From a virus (taxonomy: Duplodnaviria > Caudoviricetes): a stretch of 24,963 bases of DNA. The notes below the pieces were generated by a model. The model was not told the DNA's origin. It did not search any database and saw only the letters and a program-made list of their open reading frames with translations. The stretch lies in IMG/VR virus record IMGVR_UViG_3300006127_000089, positions 1 to 24,963 of that record. One strand, written 5' to 3'. This document shows positions 15,869 through 24,600 of the stretch, in pieces (within the stretch, counting starts at the first letter, position 1; each line of letters starts with the position of its first letter). Made by a program: the position numbers and the translations under genes.

Positions 15869-17758
15869 TTAGCCTTTGTAATTTTTCCAGGTCTTGAACA
15901 AGCTACGCTCAAGCTCAACTGATTCTTCCATTGATGCTTGACGACGCATCTGGCTGGCCAATACTGGAGTAGTTGATTGTCCTGTACTCTTAGGACCATT
16001 CAGGCCGCCTGAGTAGGTACGCAAGTTAGGATCTGCTGCCAATGTTTCTGTGTTGGTTGGCCAATCTGGACTGTTCTCGTCAACTTGTTGATCGCATCCG
16101 CATGGTGTAGAACCGCATGTAGAGCAACCTTCTCCGCCTTGATGATCAATACCAGCGGCTTTCAGCAACTGTGCCAATACATCGGCATCTTCACCGTCGG
16201 CGCTGACAGTGATATTCTTGTGTGGTTCACCGTTTTGATCAGTACTCATGTTGACTGACACATTCATGCTTTCGACCAAGGCTTCGATCTCGCGATCAAT
16301 ACTTTCGTAGACACCTTTGCCAAACTGCATGCCCTTGCTGGATTTTTTAGCAGGAGCTTCGTCAGATGACTCTTTGACTTTTTCGTCGTACTCGATGTCT
16401 TTGGTAACTCGTTTGCCAGCTTTCTCGGCCTTGGCATCATCTTTACCTTTGTGTTTCATGTCGTACTCTAGATCCTTGGTTACTCGTTTACCAGCCTTCT
16501 CAGCATGTGTATCACGTGTGTCTGTGCTTTCTTCTTCCATCTTGCCTTTTTTCATGGCATAGGTAGCGCCTAGAGCTTGATTAATGCGCTCTTTCTTGCT
16601 CTTGCCAGCAAACTTGGGATTCTTGCTGTGTACAAAATCATGTATCACATCACCTGTAGGTGTGTTCTTGGTTATTTTTTCGGCGATACGAATACCTTCT
16701 TCGCCTGACGCTTGTTCAACACCACGCTCGTGCTGTGATAAAATATAGTCGCTTACACTGGTCATCATGCCTTTGATTTGGCCAATCTTTTCAATTACCC
16801 AGGTTGGCAAGTTTTCTTGATCGCGCAGGTGACGTTCAAGTTCGGTAGCATGACGTATAACTGTGTGCATGTCGCCCTTGACTTCGCTGCCTTCGTTGTC
16901 ATACTCGCCACGATCGGTGACAGGAATACCATCTTCTTTGACCTTGCGTTCACCCTTATGCTTGTAGGCATGCTTAGTAGTACGCTCAGGGCCTTTAGCA
17001 GGTCCTTTTGGACGTCCTTTTTTCTTTGGAGCATCGCTCTTGACTTCGTCATCTTTTTCTACATCATCTTCGTGTTTACGAGTATAACGCTTGCTGTAGC
17101 CAGTGTCTTTGACATCGTGGCGTGGATGTTTGTCCTTGTCAGCAAACATGCTCTTGGCTACTTCTGGATCAAAAGCAGTGCCTTTGCTCTTGGGCTCTTT
17201 CTTTTCTTTTACTGGAAAGGTTTTGTCGCCTAGTTTAAATGTTTTCTTGCCGGCTTCCTTGGCCTTTTGATCTTTGAAGTGCATGACGCCGGCACCTTCA
17301 TTACACTCGCATGGAGCACAGTCGCAGGTAGGGCAATGGCCTTCTTCAAGACCCATTGGATCAGCTTCGGTAACTTTGTATTTTTTTCCGTCTACTTCAA
17401 ATTCACTCTTGTGATTTTTTTTGGCATTGGCCAAGGCACCACTGAATGCGTTACCTTCTTCCACGCACTCGCATGGTGAACACCCACAACTGGAGCATGT
17501 GCCTTCCATGGCCACGTTCTTGGCAAACTGTGCCATGTGGCGTAGTTTGGGATTTTTACTGTGTGTGGCCTTGTTGATCTTGGCCTTGGGGATCTTTTCA
17601 CCTTGAGCCACGTGTAGTGCCTTGTGTAGGCCGCCCTTGTGAGCAGGATTAACTGCCTTCTGGATCCATTTTTCACTCTCGGCCACTTTAGACTCGTACA
17701 GGTCCTGTTTGTCAGCCAGTGAGGCCAATCTCTTGTTTAGGTCGTAAAAAAATGTCAT
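15869..17758 (-). CDS. 629-aa Lys/Glu-rich modular protein with three Cys-rich repeats; probable proteolytically processed head protein
   Basis: Low-complexity charged sequence with internal repeats, many hydrophobic-x-E boundaries and three C-x2-C-x-[CS]-x-P-C-x-C motifs; GAGGA ribosome-binding site. Confidence 0.65.
   Translation of the reverse strand: MTFFYDLNKRLASLADKQDLYESKVAESEKWIQKAVNPAHKGGLHKALHVAQGEKIPKAKINKATHSKNPKLRHMAQFAKNVAMEGTCSSCGCSPCECVEEGNAFSGALANAKKNHKSEFEVDGKKYKVTEADPMGLEEGHCPTCDCAPCECNEGAGVMHFKDQKAKEAGKKTFKLGDKTFPVKEKKEPKSKGTAFDPEVAKSMFADKDKHPRHDVKDTGYSKRYTRKHEDDVEKDDEVKSDAPKKKGRPKGPAKGPERTTKHAYKHKGERKVKEDGIPVTDRGEYDNEGSEVKGDMHTVIRHATELERHLRDQENLPTWVIEKIGQIKGMMTSVSDYILSQHERGVEQASGEEGIRIAEKITKNTPTGDVIHDFVHSKNPKFAGKSKKERINQALGATYAMKKGKMEEESTDTRDTHAEKAGKRVTKDLEYDMKHKGKDDAKAEKAGKRVTKDIEYDEKVKESSDEAPAKKSSKGMQFGKGVYESIDREIEALVESMNVSVNMSTDQNGEPHKNITVSADGEDADVLAQLLKAAGIDHQGGEGCSTCGSTPCGCDQQVDENSPDWPTNTETLAADPNLRTYSGGLNGPKSTGQSTTPVLASQMRRQASMEESVELERSLFKTWKNYKG
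16385..16504. repeat. Tandem intragenic repeat, 75-bp period, encoding AEKAGKRVTKD[LI]EYD twice
   Basis: Copies at about 16385-16429 and 16460-16504; the differences are mostly at synonymous positions. Confidence 0.8.
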
Positions 17759-17762
17759 GCTG

Positions 17763-18371
17763 TTATCCTCGGGGTTGTGCGCCGGTGGCAGGTTTGGCCG
17801 GTCTTGTGATCTTGCTCATTGGACTCTTGTTGCCCATTGGTAAATCATTTGTGGTCTTGGCTGGTGGTGTTGGACCGCCTGCCACTGTGAAGTCACTGCG
17901 GTATGCGTTCTTGAGAACAGCATGCTCATCATAAGGTGCTGAATAGTCAGCCTTGAGTGCTTTCTGTTCAGCTGTGTCGGCTGGATAGTCGGTATCGGTC
18001 AGGAGATCTTTGTTTTCTGTATCAATGCGTGATTTTTCTACCGACATACTTTCTTCGTATGGTGTGGTCATGATAATGATACGATTTGGATCCATAAACA
18101 GATCCTTGGCAATCTGAGTAATCTGAGGTTCAATCGCAGGATAGCGGAATTCAACATCCATACTGGTCACACTGTCATTGCTGTGCTTGGGGAAGTCAGC
18201 AGGTTTGGCCTGTACAGGGCTGGTCTTTGGACGGCCAATTTTGACTGGCTCAAACTGTTTGAGTTTTGACTCCAAGGCCTTGATAAAGTCAGGTGCTACA
18301 TCACCTACAATTTTGATCTTGTAGTTGTAGGTTCTTTCTGATTCTGATAAGTATTCTTTAAAATGTTTCAT
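17763..18371 (-). CDS. Hypothetical 202-aa protein, probable internal head protein
   Basis: N-terminus MKHFKEYLSE resembles the T4 capsid-targeting sequence; upstream TAAATA and AGGGA. Confidence 0.65.
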   Translation of the reverse strand: MKHFKEYLSESERTYNYKIKIVGDVAPDFIKALESKLKQFEPVKIGRPKTSPVQAKPADFPKHSNDSVTSMDVEFRYPAIEPQITQIAKDLFMDPNRIIIMTTPYEESMSVEKSRIDTENKDLLTDTDYPADTAEQKALKADYSAPYDEHAVLKNAYRSDFTVAGGPTPPAKTTNDLPMGNKSPMSKITRPAKPATGAQPRG

Positions 18372-18389
18372 ATGCGATTCCCTGTGTAA

Positions 18390-18395
18390 TATTTA
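18390..18395 (-). promoter_or_regulatory. TAAATA late-promoter-like motif
   Basis: CATAAATA overlapping the upstream TAA stop, 18 nt before ATG 18371. Confidence 0.6.
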
Positions 18396-18881
18396 TGCTT
18401 TGTTATTGTTTTGGTCACGACTGCCGATCAAGCGTTCCAGCAGGTCATTGCGACTTAGGATCTGTCCATGTGCTGTTTCTATGGGTTCTGCTTCTGAACG
18501 GCGATCCTGATCCAGCTTGAGTTTTTTCATCTGTAGATCTATCATCTTGAGCTTTTTGTTCAGCTTAGTAGTTTTGGCTGTGAGTGCATGGCCCAGCATG
18601 GTTCCGGCCACAGCAAACAGTTCGGCACTGAATCTACTATCTACATTCATGCCAAGATCGCTTAGATTGTGATAGCTTTCCTTGGCCAATTCGGCTATTT
18701 CGTCCAGTTCCCGATCCGATGCATCTAGATCACGCACAGCCGGCAAGGCCGCGTCAATCTTGTCAATGGTGGCATCTATTTCTACCAGAGCTGCTCGTGT
18801 TTCTTCTACTGTGAGTGTTGATTCTTCCGCAGGTGTTTGGCTAGATGGAAAATCAAACAATTCTTCAAGTTTCTTGGTCAT
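18393..18881 (-). CDS. Probable terminase small subunit (T4 gp16-like)
   Basis: Size 162 aa, helical. The segment DSRFSAELFAVAGTML...KKLKMIDLQMKK and C-terminal SRNDLLERL resemble by eye the gp16 central helical hairpin and tail. It lies upstream of terL in the late cluster. Confidence 0.5.
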   Translation of the reverse strand: MTKKLEELFDFPSSQTPAEESTLTVEETRAALVEIDATIDKIDAALPAVRDLDASDRELDEIAELAKESYHNLSDLGMNVDSRFSAELFAVAGTMLGHALTAKTTKLNKKLKMIDLQMKKLKLDQDRRSEAEPIETAHGQILSRNDLLERLIGSRDQNNNKA

Positions 18882-18884
18882 GCC

Positions 18885-19328
18885 CTATTTACCGCGTTTT
18901 TTACTGCCCTGATGGAATATCTGATCCTCAGTTATGACTCTGAATCGCATGCCATTGGCCTTGCACCAGCGTTGTGCGGCTTCCCATTTGAAGTGATTCA
19001 CTGCCACTATGGCACGATCTCTTGGGTTCATTCGTTCTGTCAGCTGGCTCTGTTTTGACGGTTTGATTTCAATCAGTTCGGCAATCATGGTGTTGTTGGG
19101 CCCACGATAGGTCACGATAAAGTCGGGCACATAGGTAGTGGCCTTGCCGGTCAAGGGATGTTGGTAAGGGATACGTATGGGTTCGCTGGCCCACTGTAAG
19201 ACATTTTCATTGTTGTCGCAAAACTGCATGAAGGCCCATTCCCAGCTGCTGCGATATCTAGGAACACCACGTCCCACATACTTGTGGGCATTTTTTACCT
19301 GATAAGGACCTTGTGCAAACTTGGCCAT
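18885..19328 (-). CDS. 4: Head completion nuclease (T4 gp4-like, TnsA-type PD-(D/E)xK)
   Basis: YRSSWE..FM.FCD, WASE...IPY, YVPDF, IEIKP..Q, VN..KWEAA..WC, FRVITE. ATG 19328 (MAKF) preferred over TTG 19334. Confidence 0.85.
   Translation of the reverse strand: MAKFAQGPYQVKNAHKYVGRGVPRYRSSWEWAFMQFCDNNENVLQWASEPIRIPYQHPLTGKATTYVPDFIVTYRGPNNTMIAELIEIKPSKQSQLTERMNPRDRAIVAVNHFKWEAAQRWCKANGMRFRVITEDQIFHQGSKKRGK
18886..18891 (-). promoter_or_regulatory. TAAATA late-promoter-like motif
   Basis: Overlaps the gp4 end and TAG stop; only 4 nt before ATG 18881. Confidence 0.45.
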
Positions 19329-19330
19329 GA

Positions 19331-19690
19331 TCAACTTCTAATATTGTGTGCTACGTAATAGTTGGGTTGTGTTGGCACGTTGATGCCCAGCAGGGTACTG
19401 GCACTTCTCAAACCGTTGAGGTAATAGGCCAGAGTAGCAGTCAGTTGTGGGCCAGACTGTCCTTGCAATGAGCTCAATATGGTCAAGGGTGAGGTACCAC
19501 TCAGTTCGGCAATACGAAAAACCGACACTGTGAAATTGCCTGCCGCTTCGGCGGTGCCAAACACGGATTCAAAATAGCTGTTGATGGCATCATACTCGTC
19601 TACCGGAACTTCAGTAGCGTAGCCATAGAACTGATCAAATATCTGTACAGTGAGATCAGTTTTGAGATTGCGATAATTTACACTAGACAC
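19331..19690 (-). CDS. Hypothetical 119-aa protein, probably tail or baseplate associated
   Basis: Tightly packed between the tube-fold protein and gp4; GTG start; no family recognised. Confidence 0.65.
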   Translation of the reverse strand: MSSVNYRNLKTDLTVQIFDQFYGYATEVPVDEYDAINSYFESVFGTAEAAGNFTVSVFRIAELSGTSPLTILSSLQGQSGPQLTATLAYYLNGLRSASTLLGINVPTQPNYYVAHNIRS

Positions 19691-19692
19691 GG

Positions 19693-20928
19693 TTATAGTC
19701 CTAACTGGCTACCAAAGGTAGGCAACGGGCTACCGGCTACACCTGCGGATGAAGTGGTGTAGGGACCATTGGTCACCGTGGGTCTTGGTATAAACTGTCC
19801 GCCGGTGGCCGCAATGGCCTGAGGAATGGATCCGGGAGCGCCGCCCTGTAGCACGCCAATGGCAGCCGTTTGGGCTTCATATGGGAGGCCTTGACCAAAA
19901 TTGTAATTTTTAAATGTATTGTAGGCAGTACCAGCGGTCTGCACTGCGCCTAGCACATTTTGTAATCCACCCTGTCCAGATGCCAGAGCCTGTAGATCCT
20001 GGGTGGTTCCTGTGATGGCATCCACGAGACCACCCTGACCAAATACTGTAGCGGTGCTGCCTGGACGTGCCAGAGCACTTTTGACTGTGTCATAGTGTGC
20101 AGGGTCAGCAAAGCCAGGAACTGCCGCGCTGGGCGTCGAACCACCCACTGCGCCACTGTAGTACTTGACTGTTTCGTAGCGTATGGTCATTTGATTCTGC
20201 ATGGTGGCACCACCTTCAGCATAGCTGTAGGTATCATGGTTCCAGTTGGTAATGATAGGATTGATCAAGGTGTAGGCCGCATACTTTTTAGCCGCCAAGC
20301 CGTATATGGTAATATCGTTGAAGAACGGAGGTTTGCCACCGTTGTCGCCGGTGGCACTGCCTATGCTGGTGTTGTTATAGCCTTCGCCGATGAAACCCCA
20401 GTCCTGGCCCTGACGCACAGCATTGTAAATGTCGCTGGTATTGTAGTTAAAGCCATTGGCCAGAGTGGCGCTTTTGCCCAGTGTGCCACTTTGATTTGGA
20501 ACACTGTTGTATTTTTGTGTAGGATCGCTGTAGTAGTAGCTGTAGTATTGATACCACATGTAGCGTACCAGGTCACTTTGATCATCGTGGAATGTCACAT
20601 TGACCGGATCGTAATTGATCTTGGTCTGTATCAATCGTTTTCGATTGTACTGATTCATGGTATCAACATCAATGGTGTACTTGGGTAGATCTATGGTCTT
20701 GACCATGAGACCAATGCTGGTCACTTGACCATTACTGCCAAAGGCATTTTGTACCGCCGGATTGTTGAAGTTTAGGTTGAAGTAAACATGGAATAGATAC
20801 TTGGTACGAGGACTGAGATTGTAGTTGTCGCTTCTAAAGGTCTTAGAAGCGTGACTGTAATCTTTTAGGCCAGGGCCACTAAAAAAGCCCTGCAGCAGGT
20901 CCTCGCCAAAACTTGGTAAGGTGGACAT
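19693..20928 (-). CDS. Tail-tube-fold baseplate protein (gp48/gp54-like tube initiator)
   Basis: VKTIDLPKYTIDVDTMNQYNRKRLIQTKINYDPVNVTFHDD aligns by eye with the adjacent tube protein (VVDFTRPNVTFEPIDIPVYNSTIKLAGKYAWQDITCNIRDD), and QMTIRYE with EMTIRFD; Gly/Ala-rich tail. Confidence 0.65.
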   Translation of the reverse strand: MSTLPSFGEDLLQGFFSGPGLKDYSHASKTFRSDNYNLSPRTKYLFHVYFNLNFNNPAVQNAFGSNGQVTSIGLMVKTIDLPKYTIDVDTMNQYNRKRLIQTKINYDPVNVTFHDDQSDLVRYMWYQYYSYYYSDPTQKYNSVPNQSGTLGKSATLANGFNYNTSDIYNAVRQGQDWGFIGEGYNNTSIGSATGDNGGKPPFFNDITIYGLAAKKYAAYTLINPIITNWNHDTYSYAEGGATMQNQMTIRYETVKYYSGAVGGSTPSAAVPGFADPAHYDTVKSALARPGSTATVFGQGGLVDAITGTTQDLQALASGQGGLQNVLGAVQTAGTAYNTFKNYNFGQGLPYEAQTAAIGVLQGGAPGSIPQAIAATGGQFIPRPTVTNGPYTTSSAGVAGSPLPTFGSQLGL

Positions 20929-20932
20929 GGTA

Positions 20933-21559
20933 TTAGGTACCTAGGCCGGTCGCAATATCGCCTAGAGTTCTACCAACAACAGCACCAACACCTGCTCCAG
21001 CTGGAGTTTGTAAGGCATTGTCAAAGCGTATGGTCATTTCAATCTGCATTGGCTCGTTGGTACCATAGTTGGCTTCGCCGTAGTTGACTGCTGACAGATA
21101 GCAACCATACAGATACCAGGTTTCCAGGGCCACTGGAGTATTTGCACCATTGCCACCATCCAACACTTCAAATTCGGTAGTGAACTTGTAGTCGATACCA
21201 GATGCTGCTGAACTCATTTCTGCAAAGTCTAACTGCTTCTGTAATTGTTCGCCAACCAGTTTAGAAACATTGCCGCCTGCATCATCACGTATGTTGCAGG
21301 TGATATCTTGCCAGGCATACTTGCCGGCCAATTTGATTGTGCTGTTGTAGACAGGAATATCAATAGGTTCAAATGTGACATTAGGACGTGTAAAATCTAC
21401 GACCTGTTTGGTCAGTTCTGTTACCGGATTGCTTACACCAAAATTCTGGAATGTGACTCTGAAGCGATACTTCAGCTTGGGCATTAGCAGGCCCTGACTT
21501 GGGCTGCTTTGATCGCTGGCCAAAGGCACGGTCATTTTTGTTAGCGATGATGTAGGCAT
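20933..21559 (-). CDS. 19: Tail tube protein (gp19-like)
   Basis: Immediately downstream of the sheath, about 200 aa, with PKLKYRFRV, LAGK..W..IT...RDD and ETW.L.GC......YG...Y motifs; strong AGGAGA ribosome-binding site. Confidence 0.82.
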   Translation of the reverse strand: MPTSSLTKMTVPLASDQSSPSQGLLMPKLKYRFRVTFQNFGVSNPVTELTKQVVDFTRPNVTFEPIDIPVYNSTIKLAGKYAWQDITCNIRDDAGGNVSKLVGEQLQKQLDFAEMSSAASGIDYKFTTEFEVLDGGNGANTPVALETWYLYGCYLSAVNYGEANYGTNEPMQIEMTIRFDNALQTPAGAGVGAVVGRTLGDIATGLGT

Positions 21560-21584
21560 TTCGTTTGTTCTCCTGGTATACTGT

Positions 21585-21590
21585 TATTTA
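21585..21590 (-). promoter_or_regulatory. TAAATA late-promoter-like motif for the tail tube gene
   Basis: CATAAATA in the sheath-tube intergenic region, 25 nt before the ATG. Confidence 0.65.
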
Positions 21591-21600
21591 TGGCCAATGT

Positions 21601-21619
21601 CTGGGGCAAAAAGCCCCAG
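21601..21619 (-). other. GC-rich hairpin after the sheath stop (mRNA stability element or atypical terminator)
   Basis: CTGGGGC-N5-GCCCCAG perfect 7-bp inverted repeat 4 nt after the stop; no U-tract follows on the coding strand. Confidence 0.6.
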
Positions 21620-21623
21620 CGCA

Positions 21624-24600
21624 TTAGGCTGTTGTCTGAGCCGCAATAGTTCCTGTGTTCTGTATACGCAATGGTATGTAGATGAACTCAACTGCCTTGA
21701 CTGGTTCGATAGCAATATCAACCCATAACTCGTTGTTGTCAATTCGAGCAGGTGTATTGTTGGTCAAATCGCAAACTACCAAGTAGTCGTAGATACCACG
21801 TTTTGCTACCAAATCCACCATCAAACTGGTGATAGAATTGGTGATCTGCTGACGTGTGATCTGATCGTTGGGTTCAAACAGGTACTGTTTACCAATCTGA
21901 TTCAGTCGATTGCGTAAGAATGCTACCAAGCGTGACACGTTGATACGATTCAAAGCAGTGTTGTTGTTTTCCAAGGTATGATTACCAAAATTGGTGATAC
22001 CTACGCCAGGAATAAATGTGATTGGATTGATATCATTTTGATACAATACATCACGGATGCCTTGATTGATACCTGTGGTGATAAAGCTGCCTGTAGCCGC
22101 ATCGATGTAGCCAATCTGCGTGGCGTTGTCAATAACACCGCGACGTGTACCGGCAGGAGCCAACCATGGATAACCTACTTCGTCACTGCGTATGATCGTA
22201 CGGATCATCATGTGGCTTGGTGGTTGTACCACGATATTGCCACTTAGATCGGTGGTTTGACATGAAGGATAGAACGCACCTGCATAGGGATCTCCTACAT
22301 CCAGATTTCCGTCGGCAGTGACTAGCCCTTCGCCACTGTTGTTGGTGGCCCAGGTAGCTATGTCAGCTGGACTCAAGCGCAATGGTGTATCAGCGATCAC
22401 AAACGCTGTTTCACCACGATCTGCATTGAGCTGTGCCAACTGTGGTACCAACTCTGGATACTGTGGACAGGCTATCAAATTGAACTGAGTTTGCTCTTCA
22501 CGTATGGTAGTGTTGGTTTCAACACCGGCCTGCAAGGCCTTGACAATGATAGCACGCTGAGCCTGACGACCCATGTATGGGCTACCATTGGCTCTGTTGC
22601 CACTGGCTGTTTTCCAAGTATTGGTAACTGTGATTTCACTCCAGTAGGCAGAGCTAGTGCTAGGTACCTGATTGGTATTGGCCACTTCGCACACATATAC
22701 AATGTTACCATAGGTCACACGATTACCAACCTGATAGGCAGTGTAGGCGCTCCAGTAGTCGCTTGGATAAGCGGTAGTGTTGAAGTAGTTCAATTCAAAC
22801 TGTTTGACATTGAATCCACTGCGGCGTGTATTCCACAACAGGATACCATTTGGATATAGATCAGGTGTTGGTGCATCTGGATCCAAATAGTTGCTGGTCA
22901 ACAGGCTAGTGATGGTTGGGAAAGGATCGCTTACCGGATCGGTCGTACCATTCGTAGCCCAACGTGCATCAGCAAATAGGACGCCATTTTCTGTGGTTTG
23001 ATCACTGTTGGTCAAGGTCACCCATTGATCTACACCGTTGACATTTTGCCAACGATTGATCACTGGATACAGTTCAAGATCACTGGTATCAATCCAGAGA
23101 TCACCTAGTTGCAGTGGTGATTTGGCTGTGTTGTTTTGTGTTGTTGGTGCAGTAGGACTGATCTGTGGTCCGTTAGCATTGGTCAAGCTAAGGTTAAAGC
23201 CACGTGCATCGTTGGTCACGTTTTGATAACCTTGCCATTGCCCATCGTTCAGGACCATGATGTCAACTTGATCAGTAGCACTGTAATACCAGTAGGTTCC
23301 AGAAACAGGATTCTGATCAGGAGCTGTGCTGTTAGCTGTGTAGCTGAATGTTGGTGTTGACACCCAGTTGCTGAGCACATAGGTATCTGTGGTCACATAC
23401 TGTGCTGTCAAGCCCACTATGTTCTCACCTGTGGTGAATCCGGCCAATTCAACTGGAGATCCAGAAACGTCGGTGAGATATATGTCTCCACCTTGGCTGT
23501 GTGTAAACACTACAGCGCCGGTGCTGTTTACAGTGGCGCTAACATAAGGAATACCTGCCGAGCTGACTGCGCTTACAAAGTCTGCCACAGTGCCTTCTCC
23601 ATAAATGGTACCAGCAACACTCAAACTTCCGGTGGCTGTACTGGTAAACTGCACTGTGGTGTTGCTGCAGGCTGTTACTACATGTGTACCGTTGTAACCA
23701 CTGGGTGTAACTCCTGTGACCACAATGGTTGAACCCACTGCGAATGGTGGAGCACTTTGAGCAGTGAAGCTCAAGGTTGCCACTGCACCAGAACCAGAGG
23801 TAGCTGTTATTGACAAATTGTTGCTAGGATATATTGTAGCTGTGGCTTCAGTGATAGCACTGGTACCGGCTTGAGTGGCACCAATGCTGAACTGTGTCAA
23901 GCCCACAAATGGACCCGGCGAGTTAGTATAGCCTGTGACTATGGTTGGACCAGTGGTGTAACGACTGAACAGTTGGAAACCGCCTGTGAGACTATTGTAA
24001 GGGTCAACCTGTGCATAGGTAGCTCCGGCTGTGATGTTGGTACCGCCACCTGCTGGATCTAAGGCATACAAGGCATCAGCATCAGATGCATATACCGGGC
24101 AGTTCTGTGGAACAAATGTGCCCAAGGTTGTGCTGTACTTGCTCACTACCAAATTGGTACCTGCATTGACATTGTTGGTCTTTTGCCAGATAGAGCCAGT
24201 TGGTTGTGGAATAGTGGATGAGCTATTCCAACGAGGATTTTGGTAACTAGGACTGCTTTGATAAGCAGGAACAGCATATACACCTTGCGTGATGCCCAAG
24301 GCAGTCAATGAAGTTCCGTCGAGCTGAGCGATACTGACTGATCCGGGCCAGGTGATTGTGGCGCCGCTGACTGAACCAGTGGCTGTGGTAGCAAAGCTGA
24401 CTGATGTGTTGGTGGATGCAACAACATCAAACGTGCCATTGTAGCCGGACACGTTGGCACCGGTAATTGTGATACCTGAACCCACTGGGAACGGTGTTGG
24501 AATGGCAGCATTACCGCTGTTGCTGAATGTCAAGGTAGCAATACCGGTGGATACATTGGCACTGCCGGTCGCACCAGTAAATGTAGGACCAACTGAATCG

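Noticed and set aside
18885-19328. Tn7 TnsA transposase or mobile element
   Set aside because: The motifs and context fit the T4 gp4 head-completion nuclease; there is no TnsB/TnsC and no terminal repeats.
21601-21619. Canonical intrinsic terminator after the sheath gene
   Set aside because: The stem is strong but no U-tract follows on the coding strand, so it is kept only as a hairpin.
6441-24511. Short alternative-frame minus-strand ORFs nested in larger genes (e.g. 6441-6704, 13539-13799, 15706-15999, 17392-17676)
   Set aside because: They overlap better-supported ORFs and show no ribosome-binding site or motif support. The hydrophobic 13539-13799 ORF looks membrane-like, but the 65-aa ORF fits the gene packing far better.
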